Positions 1-7,320 of a stretch of 35,306 nucleotides of DNA are shown here, piece by piece. Within the stretch, counting starts at the first letter, position 1, and each line of letters begins with the position of its first letter. The stretch is taken from the IMG/VR virus record IMGVR_UViG_3300010151_000055, positions 1 through 35,306 of that record. One strand, given 5' to 3'. Under the pieces are notes generated by a model. The model did not search any database. It saw only the letters and a program-made list of their open reading frames with translations, and was not told where the DNA came from. The DNA is from a virus. Lineage: Duplodnaviria; Caudoviricetes. Both the position numbers and the translations under genes were made by a program.

Positions 1-2
1 AG

Positions 3-704
3 TACCAACCTGACCACAGAGCTAGGTCAGATAGACGTAGTAAATCGGTCCCAGGGACCGATGATGTTGGTGATACTTTATTGGTCCCAGGGAACAATAA
101 CAATGTCAAGAGTCACACCAAAGTGTGTCAAGAATCTGAAAACGATTCTTCTGTAACCCGCATAAACACTGAAAAAGAAACGGTCCCTGGGACTGCCCAA
201 CGGTCCCAGGGACTGCCTAACGGTGTTGGTCAACCCGTATACGTATATGTAGATAGTAATACTTCTAGTAGTAGTACAGAGAAGTTAAACGGTCCCAGGG
301 ACCAATACCACCCTGATGCGGTCGTTCTCGATGAGTGTTGGCAGAAGCTCAGTGGTGCTAGACCCAGAGAAGGAACAGAGGCAGAGAGGAAGAGAATGAA
401 GCGTTGGGAACGATACTTGAAAGAGTATAGCCCCTCTGAGCTTAAGTCCCTCGTCACAAGCCTATCGCTAAGCCCTTGGTGGCGCGGCAAGAATGGCGAT
501 GGTACAGATGTCTTTCGTTTGGGACCATCAAAGTTCCTCAATAAGCCAGAGAACGTAGAGGCCTTAATCATGAGGGCTCAACTGGCGAAGAAGCCTAAGC
601 TCATAGAGAGCCCCTACCCAGACCAATACACAGACGAGATATGGACTGGGATGACAGAAGAAGAGAGAAGTGAATATAGCGACATAGCGTCAACTGGCAC
701 CTAG
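3..704 (+). CDS. Phage replication initiator (lambda O/DnaD-like), 5' end outside the window
   Basis: The frame is open from base 3 (YQPDHRARS...), so the start lies upstream. The C-terminal SPWWRGKN...FRLGPSKFLNKPENVE resembles the conserved C-terminus of phage replication proteins. The gene contains iteron-like repeats and lies directly before a DnaB helicase. Confidence 0.7.
   Translation, partial: YQPDHRARSDRRSKSVPGTDDVGDTLLVPGNNNNVKSHTKVCQESENDSSVTRINTEKETVPGTAQRSQGLPNGVGQPVYVYVDSNTSSSSTEKLNGPRDQYHPDAVVLDECWQKLSGARPREGTEAERKRMKRWERYLKEYSPSELKSLVTSLSLSPWWRGKNGDGTDVFRLGPSKFLNKPENVEALIMRAQLAKKPKLIESPYPDQYTDEIWTGMTEEERSEYSDIASTGT
44..303. repeat. Five palindromic GGTCCCWGGGA(C) repeats, putative replication origin iterons
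   Basis: Copies at 46-60 (part of the 19-bp palindrome ATCGGTCCC-A-GGGACCGAT, 44-62), 83-93, 181-193, 201-213 and 290-303. An AT-rich tract lies at about 238-289. Confidence 0.75.
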
Positions 705-729
705 CCAATAGAAGAAGAAGGAAAGACAA

Positions 730-2088
730 ATGATTCCATATGGAAGCGCATCAGTAGTGCTTGGCTTTGCTATGCAAGAGCCCAGCAGCAGATACACAAA
801 AGCATTTCTTAGACCAGAGCATTTCTCCGACCCGGTGCATGGGGTTACATGGAGAATAATCAACGAGATAGCAGATGAGGATGAGCGCAACGAGTTACCC
901 AGAAGGATACTTCCTCACAGGATACTTGAACGAGACAAAGCGCTGAACGACAACCACATATCAAGCATCTTCAACGTTGGGTCTAGTCAACAGGCAGCAG
1001 TTGAGCATGACTCAGCGGCAGACAAGATTTTGGCTACTTGGCAGATTCGTAGATATGCAGACGCTGCAAGAACAGTAATATCAATGTATGAGCAGGGTGT
1101 TAAAGACGACGCAGCCCGAACGTACAGCAACATGATTGAAGAGACTTGGCTGGCAGCAGAGAAAGACGTTTCATCCTCAGAGAGAACAAGAGACGTAAAG
1201 ACTCCAGAGACACAGGAGAAGTCTACAGCCAAGCTGCTTAAAGACAGGATAGAGAACCCAGACTCTGCTTTTGGCGAGCGGAGCGGCTGGGAGGATTGGG
1301 ACACCATTCATCGCGGTGCCCGTCCTGGCAGGCTCAATTTCACCATAGCTCCCACAGGCGTCGGTAAGACGAGCTTCATGCTGAACCTGGGGTCCAAGGT
1401 GTGTGACCGTCGTGGAAGCGCTCAGGAGCCCGTACAGGGCCTCTACATCAACTGTGAGATGATGATGGATGATGTCCTTACCCGGCTTGCCGCGATTCGT
1501 CTGGGTGGGGCTGTTGGCTTAGACGACCTAGAATCGGGGAATGTTACCCCAGCACATGTAGAGACGGCAGCGAAGAAGGCGGCTGCATCTGGGCTGTACG
1601 TGACAGACTCATCTCCAAAGACCATTGGGGCTGTGTGTTCGTTGCTTGCTAGGTATGCAATCAGGCACAACATCAAGTGGGCTTGTGTTGACCACCTGCT
1701 TGAAATCGAAATGACAAGCGAAGAACTTCGTATGAGTAGCGGGTTGCAGTGGAAGCTACACACTGGCTGGATACGTCGGATTCACTCACTGGCTCAGAAG
1801 TATGGGTTCTGTGTTGAGGTCATTGGTCAGTGCGGTGGCGAGGACATGGACTTCAGCGTTGGTAAAGAGCCATCGTTTGCCAGGATGCAGGGAGCCAAGG
1901 CTCTGCTCAACCATGTCGATGTCGCCCGCATCCTGTGGCCTGCCGCTGACGGCAAGCATGTAGTCAGCATCAAGAAGAACCGTGGAGGTAGGGCTGGAGT
2001 TAGACACGCCTTCTACTTCCACAAGCCAAAGGGGATATGGGACGAGAGAGGTTTCTGGAAACCGAAGAAGGATGAAGACGATGAGTAG
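730..2088 (+). CDS. DnaB-family (SF4) replicative helicase
   Basis: Walker A APTGVGKT, H1a INCEM, H2 ACVDHL, H3 IGQ, H4-like QGAKALLNHVD and arginine finger KNRGG; N-terminal LRPEHFSDPVH is typical of DnaB; AAGGA RBS. Confidence 0.92.
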   Translation: MIPYGSASVVLGFAMQEPSSRYTKAFLRPEHFSDPVHGVTWRIINEIADEDERNELPRRILPHRILERDKALNDNHISSIFNVGSSQQAAVEHDSAADKILATWQIRRYADAARTVISMYEQGVKDDAARTYSNMIEETWLAAEKDVSSSERTRDVKTPETQEKSTAKLLKDRIENPDSAFGERSGWEDWDTIHRGARPGRLNFTIAPTGVGKTSFMLNLGSKVCDRRGSAQEPVQGLYINCEMMMDDVLTRLAAIRLGGAVGLDDLESGNVTPAHVETAAKKAAASGLYVTDSSPKTIGAVCSLLARYAIRHNIKWACVDHLLEIEMTSEELRMSSGLQWKLHTGWIRRIHSLAQKYGFCVEVIGQCGGEDMDFSVGKEPSFARMQGAKALLNHVDVARILWPAADGKHVVSIKKNRGGRAGVRHAFYFHKPKGIWDERGFWKPKKDEDDE

Positions 2089-2359
2089 GTTCTCAGCAGA
2101 GGAACGCAGTAGACGCAGACAGGCTGAGGCTGGGTTCTGGAAAGAAATGGAAGAGCTAGGTATCTCTAGGCTTGACGCATTCTTGGATGACGAGAAGTAT
2201 GAAAGACTGAATGAAATCAGACGTGGGCTGATAACAACAGAAGACAAGCGAAGGTCAAACAAGAGAGCTATGGCGTTTATGGCAAACGTCATGGGGGAGC
2301 TAGAGAAGGCTCAGAAGGTGCTGTGGGAGATAGGTGACGAAGAGGATGACCAGCTATGA
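2081..2359 (+). CDS. Hypothetical protein
   Basis: ATG at 2081 overlaps the end of the helicase gene; 92 aa, charged and helical. Confidence 0.65.
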   Translation: MSRFSAEERSRRRQAEAGFWKEMEELGISRLDAFLDDEKYERLNEIRRGLITTEDKRRSNKRAMAFMANVMGELEKAQKVLWEIGDEEDDQL

Positions 2360-2594
2360 CGTGTCTCGTGTTAGCAAGCTAACTGGTCTGCTCAAGGATA
2401 GGCTGTCAGACGACGAGCGCATAAGCGTCGTTCGCAACGAAGACAACTCCATAGAGATATTCAAGCTTGGAAACCGTGTGGTTAGAATCACACCATCTCT
2501 GTGGCTCAGGTTTTACGCTGGCGAATACGTTGATGAGAAGGGCTGGATAAAGTCTAACGATAAGTCTGCTGAGCGAATCGCTAGGTTCGTCTAG
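2346..2594 (+). CDS. Hypothetical protein
   Basis: Overlaps the upstream gene in a coupled arrangement; the start is uncertain (2334 or 2346). Confidence 0.6.
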   Translation: MTSYDVSRVSKLTGLLKDRLSDDERISVVRNEDNSIEIFKLGNRVVRITPSLWLRFYAGEYVDEKGWIKSNDKSAERIARFV

Positions 2595-3097
2595 CGCATG
2601 CGTTGGAATCTCTCTTGTAGCGCCTGCTCTTCAAGCTGATTTTCAAGAGCCTCTCGCATGCGCTGCTTTCGCTCAAACTCCGCTCTCAACATTCTTTGCC
2701 TTGTCATTGCGGCAAGGATTTCGTCCGCCTCTGGGTTCGTTGAGCCTGTGAGGGGGCCAAGGCTTTTCCAGTCAGACTGTGCCTCTACCGGCATCCTTTG
2801 AGGAGGAGGGGCGGCTTGCGGCGCGTTTGCCGTGACGTAGTTCTTGTTCCAAGGCGCGTTTGCTGTGCGGTTTGGGTTTCTTGGGGGGCCTAGCTGTGTG
2901 CCTCCCCTAAGGCTCGCTCCGCTGAGAATCTCTTGCATCCTGAGTTTTCGCGCAGCCTCTTCCTGTGGACTTGGTATGCCACTCGCACCACCAGGGATAA
3001 GCCACCGCGCCATGTCTGCCTCTTGATTCCCAAACTTATACGCAGCGCCCTTCCCCATTCTAAGGGCGTCCATAATTGCTTCTCTGTAGTTCGCCAT
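2591..3097 (-). CDS. Hypothetical protein (Pro/Gln/Arg-rich, C-terminal coiled coil)
   Basis: 168-aa ORF; AGGAG RBS on the minus strand (ctcct at about 3104-3108); fills the gap between + strand genes. Confidence 0.7.
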   Translation of the reverse strand: MANYREAIMDALRMGKGAAYKFGNQEADMARWLIPGGASGIPSPQEEAARKLRMQEILSGASLRGGTQLGPPRNPNRTANAPWNKNYVTANAPQAAPPPQRMPVEAQSDWKSLGPLTGSTNPEADEILAAMTRQRMLRAEFERKQRMREALENQLEEQALQERFQRMR

Positions 3098-3106
3098 TTC
3101 GTGCTC

Positions 3107-3376
3107 CTATATTGCTTTCTTGAGTGCCGCCTGAAACGACGAGTACGGTTTTGTTGGTAGGGCGCTGACCTCTGCTTTAGATGCGTCTCTTCGCAGCTTG
3201 CCCGGTGACTTTCTGTGAACAGGAGCCTTCATAGAGATTAGCTCTTGCACCTGTCCAGGGTCTATCCCTATTGACTTTGCTACTTTTCTGTAAACTCTGT
3301 TCAAGTCGCCCTTTTTGCGTAGTGCGTTAAAGGCGTCTGCAAACTGGCTTGTTTCTCTAGTTGTTGGCATCGGCAT
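3107..3376 (-). CDS. Small basic protein, possible HTH
   Basis: 89 aa; YRKVAKSIGIDPGQVQELI is HTH-like; co-oriented with 2591..3097. Confidence 0.6.
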   Translation of the reverse strand: MPMPTTRETSQFADAFNALRKKGDLNRVYRKVAKSIGIDPGQVQELISMKAPVHRKSPGKLRRDASKAEVSALPTKPYSSFQAALKKAI

Positions 3377-3433
3377 GGTTTTGTTGAAGAATATCTAACA
3401 CTGAGTACAAACGCCACAGAAAGGACCTATAGC

Positions 3434-3769
3434 ATGGCGCTCAACTTTAACCCTAGCGACCTTACAGTGAAAGAGGCATCTAGCCGCATGGGAGACATGC
3501 CGCTTGAAGACCTCAAGGAGGCGCTAGACGCAGAGCTTGCAGGAAAGCATCGAACCTCTCTCTTGTCAGAGATTACAAGGCAGATGGACCTTCGGCTTGA
3601 GGCAGGCGAAGACGAGGCTGCTGTTGTTCAGGAGGCTGCTGTTGAGGAAGAGGGTGGGACCAAGGTTGAGACCATCTCTGCCTACCAGTGGAACCACCTT
3701 CGGGTTGGGGCTCGCAGACTTTGGACGAGAGCGTCAGATGGCTCGGGGTCGTTCTACAAGGAGTCCTAG
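3434..3769 (+). CDS. Small acidic protein with a helix-extension-helix-like N-terminus
   Basis: AAAGGA RBS; FNPSDLTVKE...LDAELAGKHRTSLL matches a pattern that recurs in small phage proteins. Confidence 0.7.
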   Translation: MALNFNPSDLTVKEASSRMGDMPLEDLKEALDAELAGKHRTSLLSEITRQMDLRLEAGEDEAAVVQEAAVEEEGGTKVETISAYQWNHLRVGARRLWTRASDGSGSFYKES

Positions 3770-4293
3770 TGGGCTGGCGGGACGCCTTAGATAGCAGCCC
3801 AAAGGAGGCACCAACACCAGAGGAGCAGAAGGATGAGCCGTTCTCTGGCAGGAAGGTTTGTGATGCCTGTGGAAAGCAGAAGCACACGATACACTTCCAC
3901 ATGTCTCACTCTGGCGACGGGTTTGCCAGGAAGTGTAAGCAGTGCGTTAAGTCGAGGCGGGCGGTTGATAGTAAGCGCATAAGGACAGACTCGGTAGGCA
4001 GGAAGTACAGGTACTGCTCTAGGTGTCCTCGTGTGGGAAGAAAGAGTTATCACCATGTATCGCTGTTCCCAAAGAACAGCAGCAGCGAAGACGGCTACCA
4101 CAAGTGGTGCTTTGTGTGCTGTGACGAGGGAGATAGGCTGTGGAGGATGGAGAAGAATGTCAGGAAAAGGCTCGTGGAGAATCGCGCTCGTCTCGACTCC
4201 AGAATTAAAGAGGAGAAAGAGAAAGCCTCCAGGGGAAAGAAGTCAAAACAGCTATCAAGACTTAGCCAACAAGGACGGGCTGAAGGGCGATGA
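3769..4293 (+). CDS. Double CxxC...CxxC zinc-finger protein
   Basis: GTG at 3769 overlaps the upstream TAG and has an AAGGAG RBS. Two units: CDAC..F...DG...CKQC and CSRC..F...DG...CFVC. Confidence 0.75.
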   Translation: MGWRDALDSSPKEAPTPEEQKDEPFSGRKVCDACGKQKHTIHFHMSHSGDGFARKCKQCVKSRRAVDSKRIRTDSVGRKYRYCSRCPRVGRKSYHHVSLFPKNSSSEDGYHKWCFVCCDEGDRLWRMEKNVRKRLVENRARLDSRIKEEKEKASRGKKSKQLSRLSQQGRAEGR

Positions 4294-4723
4294 AAGATAC
4301 CAGGAAGAGCTTTACCGTTGGTTCTTTCAGAAGAACAGGGCCAAGCGATGGTTCTCTTGTGATGGGTTCTGGGTGTCTGGAGTTCCATACCCACCAGATG
4401 CCCAGGTGTTTTTTGCTGATGGTCCGTACCAGTATCACGAGGTAAATGGTGAGGGCTATTACCCAATAAGCATAGCCTCCAAGAAGACTGGGGTGCCAAT
4501 GGGTAAGCTGAGAAGGATAGTGAGTTGGGTGCCAGACTTAGATAGGGTCTGGTATGTGCATGACCAGAAGTGGCATAAGACAAGGAAGCACGTAATCTGC
4601 ATAAGCGAGAACGACTACCCAAGGATTATGGAAGACATAGACAACCTAGTACAGGTAGCAAAAGAACAGAGGACATGGAATGGCAGGGCAGCGAAGAAAG
4701 CAAAACTACACAGAGTCTCCTGA
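4157..4723 (+). CDS. Hypothetical protein with an HTH-like segment, directly upstream of terL
   Basis: YYPISIASKKTGVPMGKLRRIV is MerR/excisionase-like. The start is uncertain; ATG 4157 follows GGAG but overlaps the previous ORF by 137 nt. Confidence 0.55.
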   Translation: MSGKGSWRIALVSTPELKRRKRKPPGERSQNSYQDLANKDGLKGDERYQEELYRWFFQKNRAKRWFSCDGFWVSGVPYPPDAQVFFADGPYQYHEVNGEGYYPISIASKKTGVPMGKLRRIVSWVPDLDRVWYVHDQKWHKTRKHVICISENDYPRIMEDIDNLVQVAKEQRTWNGRAAKKAKLHRVS

Positions 4724-6614
4724 GATAGAACTCTCGTCAGGCAAATACGACAACTTTGAGAAGTTTGCCGAGAAGTATCTGTATATACAGACAAAGGCTG
4801 GTGAGCTATCAAACTTTGCGTTGAACAAAAGCCAGAAGATCAGGGAGTCGCTAATCACTGAGATGGAGGAGAAGGGTGTTCCTGTTAGGGTGTGGGAGGC
4901 AAAGGCTCGGCAGCTTGGTTGCAGCACACACATCCAAGGCAGGATGTTCTGGCGTTGCGTTACCAACAGAGACGAGACAGCGCTTGTAGCCGCACACGCA
5001 GACCCAGCGGTGCACAGCATCTTTACAAAGTCGAAGGTCTTCTACGACAACCTGCCATCAGAGTTGAAGCCACTCACCAAGTACAACAACAGGGCAGAAC
5101 TAGATTTCAGAGCGCCGTCTGGGCCACTTGGCTTGAGGAGTCGCTTTGTCGTTATGACCGCGAAGTCCACTGAGGACGCTAGGTCAGCAACAGCAAGAAA
5201 TGTCCATTGCTCAGAGGTCGCCTTCTACAAGAGGCCTGAAGAGTTCTTCTTAGCAACTCTTCAGACTGTTCCTGATGAGCCAGGAACGACGGTTTATGTG
5301 GAGTCCACCTGTAGGGGTACGGGAGACTTTCATCACACGATGTATCTGAATGCGAAGCTGTGGTGGGACGACGATCCACCGCCGTGGATGGAGCTAAAGA
5401 AGAAGTACCCAGGAAATCCAGACTCAGAGTGGTATGCGCTGTTCACTCCTTGGTTTCTCATGGATGAATACAAGAGCAAGCTCAAGTGCTCAGAGAAGGA
5501 CTTCATAGCAAGCCTTGATTACGCAGAGACGGAGCTACTGAACAAGTTTGGCGAGTGGGTGACTCTGGAACATCTCCAGTGGCGCAGGCAGTCAATCATG
5601 ACCAAGTGCGGTGGTTCCATAGACAGGTTCCACCAAGAGTATCCGTCAACAGATGAGGAGGCATTCAGCACATCTGGAAGTCCAGTATTTGACCGCACAG
5701 CGCTTGAGTCTATGGAGGTGTCGAGCGTCTGCTGGTGTGACATATGCAAGCCATACGCTGGTGCAGAAAAGCCAGATGGGAACACATGTCCTGAACACAA
5801 GTGGTACGAGATACTTGACGGTACGCCACGCTCAGATAGCAGCTACACAAGGAAGATGTCGTCAATAACCCCAATCCTCACAGAGACAACACCAGGGGCT
5901 GGGAGGATGTCTGTATGGAAGGAGCCAAAGAGGGGCAGTCGGTACATTGTTTCAGCAGACATAAGTAAGGGACCAATCAGTAAGGACTGGGACCACGTTG
6001 TTGTCTGGGACGTTGGCAGGATGGAGCAGGTTGCTGAGTGGCGAGGCAAGATTGAGCTAGACCAGTTCGCAGACATCTGCATCCTGATTGCACTTCACTA
6101 CAACAAGGCTGTGCTTGCTCCAGAGGCTACCGGCATTGGCGCTGGCGTTATTGCAATGATAGAGCGCGCTGGGTATTGGAACCTGTACAGACGGCGCACA
6201 GTAGATAGTTGGCACGGCTCAACCGGCATGCTTGGTTGGGACACAAACCAGAAGACAAAGCCGGTGATGGTTGGTCTCGCTCAGAGAGCCATCAAGGAGT
6301 CGTACTCAATCGTTCGGTCTCGCTCCATATATAACGAGCTTCGTTCATACATGATGACCCTACAGTTTGACGCTGAGGGCAGGGAACTAGAGGCGGCTAA
6401 GTTCACAGCACCGTCAGGCAAGCACGATGACGCATGCGTTGCCTTCATGATTGCAAACGCAGTTGCCCATTACTCTCCTGGGCATGGCACAGGAAAGGGG
6501 CCAATGGTTGGAAGGAACATGCTGTTAAGCCAGCACTGGAATCACAGCGACTGGGACGAGTACGAAAAGATGCATGAAAAGCAGCTTAAGTTTACGCTTG
6601 GGAAGCGACGATAG
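4680..6614 (+). CDS. terL: Terminase large subunit
   Basis: Walker A KARQLGCST, Walker B VHCSEVAF, coupling motif VEST, QEYP, and RNase H-like nuclease motifs SADISKG, APEATG and HDDACVA. Confidence 0.95.
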   Translation: MAGQRRKQNYTESPEIELSSGKYDNFEKFAEKYLYIQTKAGELSNFALNKSQKIRESLITEMEEKGVPVRVWEAKARQLGCSTHIQGRMFWRCVTNRDETALVAAHADPAVHSIFTKSKVFYDNLPSELKPLTKYNNRAELDFRAPSGPLGLRSRFVVMTAKSTEDARSATARNVHCSEVAFYKRPEEFFLATLQTVPDEPGTTVYVESTCRGTGDFHHTMYLNAKLWWDDDPPPWMELKKKYPGNPDSEWYALFTPWFLMDEYKSKLKCSEKDFIASLDYAETELLNKFGEWVTLEHLQWRRQSIMTKCGGSIDRFHQEYPSTDEEAFSTSGSPVFDRTALESMEVSSVCWCDICKPYAGAEKPDGNTCPEHKWYEILDGTPRSDSSYTRKMSSITPILTETTPGAGRMSVWKEPKRGSRYIVSADISKGPISKDWDHVVVWDVGRMEQVAEWRGKIELDQFADICILIALHYNKAVLAPEATGIGAGVIAMIERAGYWNLYRRRTVDSWHGSTGMLGWDTNQKTKPVMVGLAQRAIKESYSIVRSRSIYNELRSYMMTLQFDAEGRELEAAKFTAPSGKHDDACVAFMIANAVAHYSPGHGTGKGPMVGRNMLLSQHWNHSDWDEYEKMHEKQLKFTLGKRR

Positions 6615-7320
6615 AGTAGACACCCCTGCCAACACGTTTGATTTCGTTATTCTTGAGCGAGGCAATCCTGTTGATAGCAGAGGGTGCTATCCCAGTTGAC
6701 GTAGCGATGTCTTTCAGCTTGCTTGGGCCGTTGTTCTTGAGATAGAGCGCAACTGCTGCTGCGTTGGTCTTCTTTGCCTTAACGACCTCAGCGTCTCTTT
6801 CGAGGGCGACCTTCTTTGCAGCGCGCTCGCTACGAAGCTCTTCAACCTCTTTGGCTATGTTGTTTGGTGCCTTCGGGGGGGGAGGCGTTTCATCTCCGAC
6901 TCTCCAGACGATAGGACGGTCTGCCTGTTCCTTGGGCTTGACCTCTTCTATTAGTCCAGTCTCTTCGCTCTTCTTGTAGACCCGCTTCTGGCTAGACTCT
7001 TTGGGTGTACCGCTGTAGTCGGTGTCTCCCTGCACACGACCAACCTCAGAAAGCTGCCTGTCGCGTTCTTGCTTTGTATAGAACTCCTTGCCCTTAAGCC
7101 CTGGGCTTGCATGTCTCCCCCAGGTCCCCTTAACGGTCAGGTTGGCTGGTGCCGAGTCGCTTGGGTAGCAACGAACTATTGTCCCGAAGCTGCCGCAGTA
7201 AACACAGCGAACGTCTCTGAACCCGTCTTCCTTAGACCTCATGTACAGGTCTGGCTTGGTTGCGTACTCAAACTCCATCCCGCATGTGGAGAAGGTGCAT
7301 TGCATTGGATAAAAGGCCAT
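6592..7320 (-). CDS. FmdB-like zinc-ribbon protein with a C-terminal winged helix
   Basis: N-terminal Y..QC....CG..FE...CVYCGS; C-terminal YLKNNGPSKLKDIATSTGI...IKRVGRGVY; coupled to the portal stop codon. Confidence 0.75.
   Translation of the reverse strand: MAFYPMQCTFSTCGMEFEYATKPDLYMRSKEDGFRDVRCVYCGSFGTIVRCYPSDSAPANLTVKGTWGRHASPGLKGKEFYTKQERDRQLSEVGRVQGDTDYSGTPKESSQKRVYKKSEETGLIEEVKPKEQADRPIVWRVGDETPPPPKAPNNIAKEVEELRSERAAKKVALERDAEVVKAKKTNAAAVALYLKNNGPSKLKDIATSTGIAPSAINRIASLKNNEIKRVGRGVYSIVASQA

Noticed and set aside
44-303. CRISPR-like interpretation of the palindromic repeats
   Set aside because: The repeats are only 11-15 bp, irregularly spaced, lie inside an ORF, and no cas genes are present.
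4233-4239. In-frame G GGA AAG slippery heptamer (lambda G-T type) in the overlap between the zinc-finger and HTH ORFs
   Set aside because: A -1 shift enters a frame that stops after about 10 codons; joining the two ORFs would need a +1 or -2 shift.
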